From the NCBI GenBank assembly GCA_040954595.2, contig CM082578.2, positions 13,732,304 through 13,796,303 of the forward strand: 64,000 nt of DNA. The letters are read 5' to 3'. The stretch is from Balanoglossus misakiensis (Eukaryota > Animalia > Hemichordata). The notes under the pieces were generated by a model that worked only from the letters and a program-made list of their open reading frames with translations, did no database searches and was not told the DNA's origin. Shown in pieces: positions 52,328-64,000 of the stretch. The number at the start of each line of letters is the position of its first letter. Positions within the stretch are counted from its first letter, which is position 1. The position numbers were made by a program, and so were the translations under genes.

Positions 52328-53685
52328 ATCGGTCGCGACTGGAGTGGAGAGGACCATCACAGGAGAGTTGGTGGGGAGCATGTTGAATACTACACATATA
52401 CCGGTAGTACCTTCAACAAGAGCGTGGCCTAGAAATAGGCCCTATAATCTTTTTGTTTATCGAGAATTTCCAAGGATAGTTTACACTCCAGTCTGGGGCT
52501 ACAGGCAGAGAAGGAACAGGATGCTAGCCTTTTGTTAGCTGAATGTTTCAAACCTTGAATCTTTGCCCTATGTCTGCGTGTGTTAAAAACTGTGATGTTT
52601 AAAAATCATATTATTATTTTTAAAATGAACAGCAGTATAGCTTACCTACCATTTATATCCCCCCCCCCCATCTGAATTTTCAGATGCATGCATGTGATCA
52701 AAGATACACAATATTCATGGATAACCATTTGATCTCTCAAGGCTGAAAGGATACTTACTTTACCAATTGGACAACACTTTGCGATTCTTCACTTTTTGTG
52801 GAACATTTACACATTCCTACTTACACAAATAAGATTCATTATATATAGACAGGACATTTTTAAAGTCTCTTTTTTTTATAAAAGAATGTTAAAGTGACTG
52901 CTGAGTGATTCTGCAAGACTTTTACTGCAAGAAAGACGCTCCACTGAATTGATGCATAATCATGTAAAACATGCATGATGCAATGCGCTTGCTGAGCAGT
53001 TTATTGCAAGAAAAGTAATTCAGGCAATCGACGCAGTCCAGACACTTTCGTACATCGCACTTTTATTTGAAAAATATTGACGCTACAATGGCATTTAAAT
53101 ATTCAGTTCAAAGTAAAAAAAATTGTACTCGTAGTTATTGCTTTGGTGATTACACATGTATATATCAGTATAATGCTGAAGTCGTAATGAATATTGTATT
53201 CTGTTGTTGTAGTAAATGGGAAGCCCGTTGGAATTACTGTCTAAAACCACAGACAAGAATGTAAAACGTGACGTTTACACACATTGTTCTTGGACTTAAC
53301 GGAATAAGCTTGTGTAAGGAATTCACATTTCTTTGGTTTTAAAGTTGAACGTGTCATACTAACTATGAAAATATATTTGAAGTCCTTCATCCTACTTTTA
53401 ACAGACAAAACTTCTGTGTGTAGGCACTGAAATACAGAGCTTCTTATGCGTGGGTAAATACTGATACGACAGAGACCAATCTGCTCTAAAAACTATCTGA
53501 CGTAAAGAACTTGTGTCAAAAACTGACTAAATATGAAGATGACTTTCAAAAAATGTCCTGCCATTTGGCCGATAACAAGTCTGTTACCCGATAACACTTT
53601 CTGTAGTTTTAAGACATAAAAGTGAACACGCATTACAAATTTTGTACATTTCCCCTTCGATATTTCGCGTATAGGAGACTTCTGC

Positions 53686-56600
53686 CTAAAGAGGCTCTTC
53701 TCCTTTCAGAATGTCATCGATCACAATAGGATTGGAAATTTGATCCATATTGTACGATCTTTTCTTCCTGTACTTTTGTTCTCTTACGCGTGCAAATACT
53801 ATGACAAACGAGATAATAGCAATCATTGCAAGAAATCCACAGCCGATTACAGTCCAAAACTTCCACGTCTCCAAGCTGTACTTCAAAGAACCAACGGTCG
53901 CCGATGATTTGACCGTTGTTGCTGTGGTCGGCAATTTCCGTTCGTTTCCGTCTGCTGTCGGCAGTGATGACGGTGGAGGGGCGAGCAGCGTGTCTTCGAG
54001 TTCATTAGTTTCTGTTTCGGCGATTTCTTGTGCCTGGTCTCTCATCGTGATATTTTCAGCGTGTGCTGTGCTGCCTTGTTGGGTCACTCCGGATACAGTG
54101 GTCGTCGGTACCCGCTCAAAGTTACCAGAAACCACGTTTGACGGTTCCGCAATATTGCCAACATCATCAACCGCACGTACAGCAATCATGAATTTCAAAG
54201 TTGAAACCGACATGGGCAATCTGACTACTAATACTTCCAGTGACCCAGATGGTTTCGGTGATAAAATATCGCCCTCAACGACATGACTTGAGTTCAGCGG
54301 CACAGCATTTCCGAAATCGTCGTAGAGCTCAGAGAAAGTTTCACTGACCCGCACATCGTACCAAGAGACTGGAAATGGAAACACGATGATCACATTGTGA
54401 TTAAGAAATATGATTACAAACGGTGTATTTCTCCAATCAATGTAGAGTGCTAAAACGATAAAACTCGGCTTCAAGCAATGTTTCGCCGAAATGTATTCAT
54501 TTCTTTTTCCATTGGCAGACGAAACTAGGCTTTAAACAATGTGTCCTAAGTGATGACGTTTATATGGTTGATAGCAATCGATTCGATGACAATTGTGATA
54601 TTTTTTCCATGCGTAAAGAAACATTAGCACCAGAGGTAATTAAATTAGGTTCATTCACTCACCTGTACCCCTGTCCAAATCATCTCCCGGTGCCGTCCAT
54701 TGCAATGTGACGTCACGAGTTTCCCTGGATACGGCAACGATTGCCAGGTCTTTTATTCTGGATGGCTCGTAGACATCAGGTTCTTTCGAGTGATTTTCCA
54801 TTTCTTCCTCGGACCCGAAGCGTTGGTAGTTCGACAGTTGGAATGATCCGCCGGCCACCACTCTGTTGAACGGATCCACGGCTTCATAGGTCACATTTGA
54901 CTCGCCGGTAGAATTAGCTGAAGGTGGGAAAAGGCCGGGCGTCATGCTTTATATGTTTCTATGGTTACCTCCTCCAAAGCATCACTGTATATTTTATCAA
55001 GAGTATTTCCGACCCGTGCTTGTGACAACGATATGTCTTTTTTTTTTTTTACCGAAATGTCACTTTATTTCTATTTTGTGGATTTGTTAGACGACATTTA
55101 CTGATATTTGAACATAAATTTCGAGAGAGGATTTTAAAGCAAAAATTGTGCGCTAACGATCTATGACCAACTACGCATCCGCCATGTATACTAGCCTTAC
55201 CTGGGACGACGGGCAACGATTGCTGATCTACCGGCACTAGAGCGATCCGAGCTTCGCCATGCTCGTTGTTCGCTGTCACTCTGACTCCGTAATGACCATC
55301 GGCTGTAAAATCTAGAAAGTGTGCCGAGTAGATGCCATCATTCTTTTCAACGTCTGCTCCTGTTGAGAGAAAAAAAACATCTCAGACTGATTTTGTGTCA
55401 ACTCGACACGTTGAAATATGTCTTCAAACACGTTTCTGTGAAGCTGACGTTTGTATTGAACGACCGCAAGAAATCTAGCGCTTGTATTTGACGTACGGGG
55501 AAATACCTTACCATGAGGTAAATTATTAAAGGGACAAACAAACTTTAGAATCATTTAATTTTTGGTCAAAACCAAAAACTGTACCCAAGTCGTAAAGAAA
55601 CCAAAATATTGTCAAAATGAGCGAATCTGTCCCCTTAGTTTAATATAATGACCTACCAGCGCCATTGTCAAGTAGTTGCAAAGTCACTTTGGTCCCAGCC
55701 TCGCCGACCACAAGCGGGGGTCTGTCAGTGACTGCAGTCACACTGACACCAATGACCGGGAGGTAGCTTTTGGTGACGTCGGCAAAAATTGTGATCAGCG
55801 GGGAAATTCTGAAGTCGATTTCGGTGTTACTGAGCTTTGACGTCACTTTGATGGGCTCAGACTCCCTGTTTGACGCATGGGAATTGACTGAAACGGTGAC
55901 AACTTGCGGGATGAAAAACAAATTGGTCACGTTGAAAATCCACTTTCCAGGCTGGAATAAAATGCACGATATCAGAAAAGGTCGATTGAATCGAGACTAT
56001 AGTAGCACTTGATGGGATAAAAGCTTACAGCTTCCCCATATTTCAGCTTTGGTTTCGAGTAGCTATACACTAACCGTCCGTGCGTATAGTGTATGTAAAG
56101 GGCGAAATTTCAATGAAGCTGAGTGGAAAATTTACATTGCAATATAACTTGTGAAAGGTATGATGTAAAAATAACCTTATCCATATGTTGTCGCACTTAT
56201 CCACTATTATTCACGCAATATTTTGTTTTTCATGTTGAGCTTTTTTATGGAATCGTTTAATAGGCGTACGTATATAACATAAGGGAAAGTGGATCTGCTA
56301 CTGTCAGAATTCTTCTGTGATAATCGAGTGAGCTACCCAGTATAAATGCGAATAAATTAAATTCGACGGCAGTAATCCTAAAAGTAATCAAAATATTCGA
56401 TATCCAGAATATGCCGCTGTGTGCCTGTTACCTGAGAAGTCTCGTTGAGAGAGACCACCACCCGCTTAAAGTGTTCATCGACAGCGTAGCCGATGTAGTG
56501 TTGATCGATGATGGAGCCATCAGGACGTTGTATGACCACTTCGACTCTGCTCTCGGAGTAGGTGAAGGTGAACTCCGTCTTTCCTCCGACTGTAGAGTCG

Positions 56601-59600
56601 ATGTAGACGTGGCCGGACGCTTCGTCTCTCGCCCCTATCGACACCACTCCACTCCACAGCTGTATTTGAATGGAAACAAAGAGAGCGCAAAAAAATAATA
56701 AACCCGTTATATTATTTTGAAGTTCAATTTTGCTGTGTTCGATCACATACACTTCAAAGCGATTGCCAAGGTCAGATTTCACGAATTCCAGTTCCAGGCC
56801 CATTGATCCGATAAATTGAACCTGAAGCAATTGTAAAAAGAAATTTTCTTCCCTGGTCCTAATTTCACCTGCAGAAGAAAATATCACCAGAGCGAAGAGC
56901 AACCATTCTGATTTTCCTTGACAAAGATACGTGAGAGATTATTTACTTTAACTGCCAAATTCCCGTCGTCTGTTTCGCTACGTCTGCTTGTGACCGTTGT
57001 CGCGAAGGCGTCGTCAAGCACGGTGGAATCTTCGTCTCCCGAGTAGAAGAAAGACATTCCTCCTGTGCTTGCGGCCAATGATGCCAGGTTCTCGTCGGCT
57101 TGTTCACTGTACGCGATGGTGTCTATGATCACCCCGGCATCTTCGATGACGTCTTCAACTTCTGGTATCGTCGGCGAACGGTTCTCTCCGCCATCGCTTA
57201 TCAAGAGGATCACAGCCCCGGAAGGGTCTAACCCACCAGCCCTTAACACCTGTGTGTTGAAATATCAATATCTATGAGCCCATAGCATATGCTGAGAGTA
57301 AACTCATGCGTTTTGTTCCTTTATTTATGTGTTCGATTCCAGTGGATTATTTGCAATTTCTGCTTTAATTTGCTCATGAAAATGGTAATTAATTTTTTTA
57401 CAAACTATAACTTCGCACCTCAAGCCCTTTCAGTATCGCTCCGCCGATGCTGGTCCAACCGCCCACAGTACTGGGTAACCTAGCAACCAACGATTCACGT
57501 GACTGTTCGTCGGCAATCAGCGTCATCGAGGCCAGCTCCTCGGCGAAATCAGAAAACTGGACGATGCCCAGATAGCTTCCGTCATCGACAGTCTTCCGGA
57601 TGAATGAACTTGCTGCCTGGCGCAGTTTGGCCAGCCTTGTTCCCTGTGAAGACATTAACATAATGTAACCGTGTGCAACGGACGAGAGGCCAAATATTGC
57701 AATATAATGTGCCTTGAAATATCTGAACAGAACCGTTGCTAACTAGTTCAATGTCATTCCAAAAGTCTAACTTGCCTCCATACTGCCTGACCGGTCGAGT
57801 ACCATCACAATTCTTCTAGCTCCGCTTCGAACAAATCTGAATGCGGGTTTAGTGTTGATGACGACATCCTCTGGTATCGGTGGGTTCCGACCATCGGCGA
57901 AGTCTTCCGATTTTAACATGACGTCCCAGGTGCTCATACCAGCGCACAGCTGATTCTGTCTGTTGGGTGCCTCACGATTGTGGAAGGCCGCCGGATCTGA
58001 GGAATTGCTGTGGCAAAACCCGGTAACCTGTGCAACGTAAATTAAAAAAAAACATAAAAGAAACTAGAAGCTCGATGGGAGTACATGTAGTTTAAAAGTT
58101 GATGCAACCATTCTTGTTCTAATGAACTTGGTCAATGAGACAGCGCTTTGGAAGTTTTTAAGGGGTGATAACAGTTCAGTTGTCTCACTTACAGACGGGA
58201 GAAATTGCATATACATGAGTGATCCAGTGGCTGTGTTGTCAGAATCGGGTATGAACCGACAGTTCGGTTCCGGCAATCCAGTCGTGTTGTCGTATTTGCA
58301 TTCCTCTCCCGATTTCTTGTTTTTATGGCGACCGTGCAGTTGCAAGGAGCATCTGGTCGCCTCTACTTTTCCAGACGAAGCCACATAGAAACTGGAGTAG
58401 CCATTGATTGGATATTCGTCGAATACTCCCCACCGTAAATGCGTCCATTCGTGAACAAGTAGCCGGTCTGAAAATAAGCAACCATAGCACCCAGGTAAAC
58501 AGGTGATGCTCAGAGTGACACGAATGGTGTGGCCAATAAAATTAAAAGTACCCCTTGTGATATCATCTGTATTTTACTAAACTTTTATTGGCAGGTTTTT
58601 TACACGTAACCATGAGAACAATATAGTCACCTCCTGCATGGTTATGAGTTCTTACATATACGCATGGGATTTGGGAAAGTTAAAACAATTGAGCCAACAT
58701 ATTTTTAGCGTTACCTTGATTTAATTTACCATTAGATGATTCTGTTCAAATCGAAGTTACCTACTTTTTACATCGTCTGAGATTGTTGTCAAAATCGATG
58801 TCAAATATCACTTTTAGAAGGGTCGCGTAGTTTTTAGCGCCGTTACGATTTGTCGGCGCTTGTAAAATTATTCCCGATCAATATTCGTCCCATTTAACAA
58901 TGCAGTGTTATTAAGTCGAAAGCAAATCTGGGTCGATTGATGCGATGTTGTATAAACACAACATTGTGCCAACATTGCGTAAGAACTCCTAATTAATCGT
59001 GTAACACGCTGCGAGATTGGAGCGAAACTTAATTACAGTTTTTTTAAACACGGAGGCATTATGATAGCTTGGAAAGTATAACTCAGGTTCAAGGAGAACT
59101 TCTGTGATCAACTGCACTCAGCGTATAGTCCGGGTGTTTTTCGGTCTTATTCGTGAATTAAAAATAAAATTGTTGGTATAAATTTAGGGTATAATTCACG
59201 CCACTCCGCTGTTCTGTTTTTTCCTTAATTGATTCAAATTTTCACCATTCTCGATCACTTGTAAAATTTGATGTCCTTTGCAATTATTCCACGTTGATGT
59301 ACTCAGTGAGTGCTATGATCGAAGCTATTTCGATGTCGCTCAGACATTCTTACCAGTTGGTCCCCACTGTCGCCGACTAGCTTCTTCATCAATGATGTAA
59401 TGAGGAGTGAGATGAAGGTATTCTCCTTTGGTTCCGCATCCTCCCATTTGTTTGACGTACGGGTTGTCACCATACAATTGATTTTCTCTGTCCACGATGA
59501 TACTCGCTTTCTCGAAGGATTCCTTCTTTGACTGTCCGTATTTGGGACTGTCTGACCACGATCTTGGAACCAGGATGGTGACATCGCGGAAGAATGCTCG

Positions 59601-61682
59601 GCGATTGGTTGCTCTGAAGAGAAACTGTGACGCCTCTTCAAAGATGATCTGCCAGAAAAAATAATCCAATACATTTTAATTGGGAGTCTCTGATAAGCAA
59701 ATTATAATTACATGTAAAATGAAAAGAAAATACATGTACCCTTTGCGTTTAACATCTTATCACGGATAAGTGCGAAACGATAACTTAATGTTATGTCAAT
59801 TATGGCAGCCCCAACACCATCGTCGATCCGATCCATATGGCTTGGCTAAGTCTGACGGCCTGGGTTCAGCAAGTACTCGGCCCGAATAAACAAGCTTGAT
59901 ATGTGAAAATGTCCCCAACAAGAAGATTAACAAGTAGATTATAACATCGCTGTGATTCTCCTGTCAATTCAATGACACCTTCATAGTAAAATAAATCCCC
60001 ATATCATCCATTTTACTGTCAATTATTGTAAGATAGAGAACGTGCAGAATTTATGGAATTGGAACAATAAACTGTCAGTTGAGCCACAGAGGTACATGAT
60101 GGGATATTCGCATTTAAAAAAAATATTTACGGAAACATAAAGCCAGACGACCACGCATCATACAGTGCCCGTACCTCCCGGACTCACTCAGGCTGAACTC
60201 ACGCAATGCCTGCACCTACACCCAAACACATTATAATCATTTTCCTACTAATTATAGTGTGTCAGATTGTAGCATGAGCCCTGGGCATTGTGTGCGGGCT
60301 CTCATTGTGCAATTTATGATTTATTAAAATCATTACGCTTTATTTAGTAATATCTTTATGCTTTATTAATATTTTATTTAAGCTTGCAGTTATCAAGGCA
60401 TTTTTACATAAATTTGCATTCATTGTACATTTTGGGCTCCATTAATATTTATACAAACAAACAAACAAACAACATCCCATTCTGTGCCCCCGTGGTTAAG
60501 CTTCGTGACATGTATTATAAAAAGTAGGCCATAATCCTTAACGCAGCGAGCGGAGGGCACGTGCCGTATGATAACATTTCAGTCCCATTGAGACGATATA
60601 GCCACTCGTGTCCCGTTGTATTTTGACTTTTTTTGTGCAAGACCTCCCCTTTTGTTTCGTAAACTTATCGTAAACTCAGGCGATACCCCAAAACATCATA
60701 AGGCTGCATTCACAAACACCTCTGGAGGGGGGGGGCAGGAGAATTGAGGGGGGGGGGATTTGAAAAAATTGAGGGTATGTAAGGGGGGGATTTGAAATAA
60801 TTTAGGGACTGAAAGGGGGGGACTTGAAAACTTTAACGACTAAATATTTATTTTGAGTCCACAAAAATGCAGTTTCGCGCCCTTTATTTTACAAAATTTT
60901 CTAATGTGGGAGGGGGACACCCCCTCCCACACCCACCCCCTCCATTCATCAACACCTTTCAATCATTGACTGGTTTATCTAGTGTCCCAGATCAGGGGAC
61001 TTGCCCCACCCCATGATAACTTTGAGCGGCGGCGGTTAAATTTGTCCTCCCCAACATACCGGTAGTTGAGTTAATTTGCTTTTGCCGGGTTCATTAAAAT
61101 GCAACTTTGAGCTCTGTATTTTAGAAAATTTTCTTACGTGGGAGGGGGACACCCCCTCCCAAACCCACCCCCTTCAATTCTCGGTTTACAATGTCTCCCA
61201 ACACAGAATACAAATATATGTACTTAAAAAATAAAAACAATGTTCAGTTTTAATACCCACTGATGAGGGGAAACATCAGCTTCAAATTCTTTTAATGGGA
61301 GCGCTGTTTTTCTTTTTACAAGATAGATAGGTGATGTGTTTTGCTCTGTGAAAGAAAATGGGGGGGGGGGGATTTCAAAATTTTGGCAGTTCGGAAGGGG
61401 GGGATTTGAAAATATTGGCAGTTCGGAAGGGGGGCGTGTGAAAATTAGCGGTAAAAAAAATTGAATTCTCCCGCCCCCCCCTCCAGAGGTGTTTGTGAAT
61501 GCAGCCTAAGATAGTCATAGTGACTCTTGGACCAGCCAAATTGATGGACCAACATATCGTATGGGAAGTTCGAAAGTTAGTAGACATAGATGCTTGAGTC
61601 TACTTTCGCAGGATAAATGCGCATCCGTTGGACGGGCGGATGTATGGGGCGCACATACACAGAGAGACAGAGAGACAGATAT

Positions 61683-61769
<87 letters not shown>

Positions 61770-62333
61770 TATAGATATATAGATAGATAGATCACAAAGG
61801 AAATGGGACGTGCATCCCATAGATATGAGAATTATTCAGAAACACAGCTGACACCACACTGATCATTTGTGCAACCATTGTTCTTTTTGGAAAGACGTGT
61901 TGTTAGAAGCCACGCTTTAATGAGATTCGGAGGTGGATTAAAAACATTCTATTTGGTTTTCTGTTTCTATTCAAATTATAATTTCCTATCGTGTTGATGG
62001 CTTATAGTTTGAGCTAGAGCAACTTTTACGCATTAAAATTGTGGAAATATGATTTTATCTGTACTATTTTGGGTTTCATTGGTATATACGGCCACTTACA
62101 CATCACCATGTGGTACACTGTTAAGTTTCTAGTGTGGTTTGATTTCTCACCTGCAGTCTCTGCAAGATCCTCTCATCTTCTGCTACACTGTTGTGAATTG
62201 CAATCACGACACCGTTGTATCCGTTGTCTTTCAACACGACGTTGGATCTCTCCCACGATGCATCGCTCACCTGGCCTATAATCGTGCACCAAAACACCAC
62301 CGTCAACGCACTGAAGTAGAAACCGGTCATCAT
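53686..62333 (-). CDS. CLCA: Calcium-activated chloride channel regulator (CLCA family): signal peptide, HExxH metalloprotease, vWA, FnIII, C-terminal TM
   Basis: Exons 62151-62333 (signal peptide, NGYNGVVIAI), 59354-59648 (EASQFLFRATNRRAFFRDVTILVP..PYVKQMGGCG), 58193-58467 (VHEWTHLRWGVFDEY), 57776-58027 (HNREAPNRQN..VLDRSGSM), 57419-57643, 56947-57249 (LLISDG), 56432-56659, 55657-55951 (LLDNGAG), 55201-55359 (KNDGIYS), 54663-54917 (WTAPGDDLD), 53686-54368 (stalk, TM, tail). Confidence 0.92.
57644..57775 (-). other. Non-canonical GC-AG intron in CLCA
   Basis: The exon ends ...AGTATGGAG, followed by GCAAGT. Joining to GGAACAAGG gives SGSME-GTRL in frame. Confidence 0.75.
60702..61506. mobile_element. 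PIF/Harbinger-type non-autonomous element (805 bp) with TAA target duplication
   Basis: TIR GGCTGCATTCACAAACACCTCTGGAGGGGGGGG / CCCCCCCCTCCAGAGGTGTTTGTGAATGCAGCC. TAA at 60699-60701 and 61507-61509. Subterminal GGGGGGATTTGAAA repeats. No transposase ORF. Confidence 0.9.
61684..61792. repeat. (GATA)n microsatellite
   Basis: About 20 uninterrupted AGAT units plus degenerate flanks, in the first coding intron of CLCA. Confidence 0.95.
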
Positions 62334-64000
62334 TCGTCTCCTAGTGGATCACCGACACTGCAGAAAATAATTAGTCCGAGATCCCTTTGCGTTGCTAACA
62401 CCGTCAGCGACCACCATCACTGATGAGATCGGATGGTCGATTTTGGATTATTAAAAGCAAACTTTTTGGCGCTAAATTAGGAGATACCATTCTCGCCACA
62501 GGGGGGTCAGGGGGCCATTCATCTTTACTGGAGCCAGTCGAGGTCAACTGTTTGTTTTGCGATAATGGGAAAGGTAAAACATACTGTCCAGCTTATTCGA
62601 TAGAGAATTATCTTTTGTGCCAGGCCGTTATCAAAGTGAACTGTACCATATGTTACCACCTTACTAATCGTTTCCAGAATGACATATTTAAATGTTCCAC
62701 GCTGCTGTTCATGATGTCAATATTCTAACTGGTAGCCAGTCGTTGAGGCAGCGATGACACTCCGTTCATCATGATCTAAATCAAGACATATTTAACTATA
62801 TTAACGTTAGAATTGAAACATATTCTTTTAGCTTGATTTTGAAATGGTAGTAATTTTGTTATCTTACGATTTTCATCGGTTTTCAGCTATATGCCTTCTC
62901 ACAGCCCCGATTGCCCTAAACTGAAAGCTTTTTTTTTTTTTTTAACCACTTGGCTTTCCATGGAGTGTTGTTTGGGATGGATTTATACCTCGGCGACCAG
63001 ATATTCTTTAAATGTCCCGTTGAGGGCGCATTTCTTTGTAAGTCCCTGGTTGGATGACTGTATGCAGGTGCACATGTACACAGCTTTCCTGCATTCTATC
63101 ATTTCAACATGCAAATTTATTCATTAACTTCACCGCCATTGTATTCTTACAAATTCTTGGCAGGTGCATCAGCTTTACATACAAATTCAACCCTCTGGGT
63201 TTTTGCCACGTAATAGGTTTGGCACAATAAGACGGCAACCAACTTCAATTTATCATTATTTTTATTTCAAAGTTCAGTCCACAGTTAATGGAAATTGATT
63301 TTACAAATCTGAAAATCATAGATTTTTTCAGTTAATGCAACACTGACAATCTCCATGGAAGTTGTCATAGTTCTAAAAGATAGACCATTATCTACATGCA
63401 GGCCACAACCACAGACATCAATACACAAAATGTACTGGTAGTTTGTGAAGTTAGCTCCATGAAGCAAGTGACCCCTAATAACCTATGACCTTGTGGGGAT
63501 TTCCTCTGAGTGGGGTCAAAGGTAATAGGTTCATGTAAACCTGTCAGTTCTATGCATTCAGAAATAATCAAACTGGATATAGTTCTGATGACTATTCATC
63601 TATCTGTACATCTACACACTGAAGTTACATTTTAATACAATATATCTCAACCAAAACACACACAATAGAGTAAAGCTTGGCACAAATTTTATTATAAACA
63701 AATGGTCACATTTCTACCGAGTTCCATAACCATTTCACTGTATATGGGTTAATTTGTGCCGTTGCAAACAATGTGTTTGAACCAAACTGAGAGAACTGTA
63801 GGGTATATGAAATGGCTATAGGTGGTTAGCAAAGCTGCCATCGCAAAAATCAGTAAGAGAAATAATTGTCACAGACATTTGCTAAATGTATTCCTCTACA
63901 TTGTCTCCTATATACAGTCTTTTATGAAAATTTAAATTACAGTTACTTATAATAGAGATCCATCTGATAAAAGCAAAATATTTGGTAACTACAGGGGCCA

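Noticed and set aside
58510-59060. Possible mariner-like remnant in a CLCA intron
   Set aside because: No matching pair of terminal inverted repeats, TA duplication or transposase frame could be established.
61515-61820. ORFs with (IYLS)n repeats
   Set aside because: Translation of the GATA microsatellite.
63285-64000. Possible 3' UTR of a minus-strand gene beyond the window (AATAAA on minus near 63690)
   Set aside because: No coding exon visible. A hexamer alone is insufficient in AT-rich DNA.

Overview
Intron-rich, AT-rich animal genomic DNA. It is most likely an invertebrate deuterostome-like genome, which is inferred from gene content, short introns and repeats and is not proven. Eight spliced protein-coding genes can be assembled by hand from splice signals and recognisable protein motifs: ZNF277 (-, 3' end runs off the window), a DOCK3/4-type Rac GEF (+, about 46 exons), THUMPD3 (-), RXYLT1/TMEM5 (+), FAM72 (-), REXO4 (+), SSUH2 (+) and a membrane-anchored CLCA (-). 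Six of them form three compact head-to-head pairs. Non-coding parts carry several MITE families, microsatellites and a strong excess of TACATGTA/TACCGGTA octamers that resemble Tc1/mariner excision footprints. Highlights: (i) THUMPD3, RXYLT1, FAM72, SSUH2 and ZNF277-DOCK sit together here, while their human orthologues are spread over related chromosome segments next to different SRGAP paralogues, suggesting a pre-genome-duplication ancestral block; (ii) splicing oddities: a U12 intron, a GC-AG intron, 14- and 27-nt microexons, a duplicated decoy acceptor and a MITE inserted inside a 5' splice site; (iii) an SSUH2 with GYPPQ repeats, PPxY, an 18-His loop and a CaaX box. No rRNA, tRNA or CRISPR array was seen. 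Exon coordinates were read by eye and may be off by a few bases. Orthology calls rest on remembered motifs, not on a database search.
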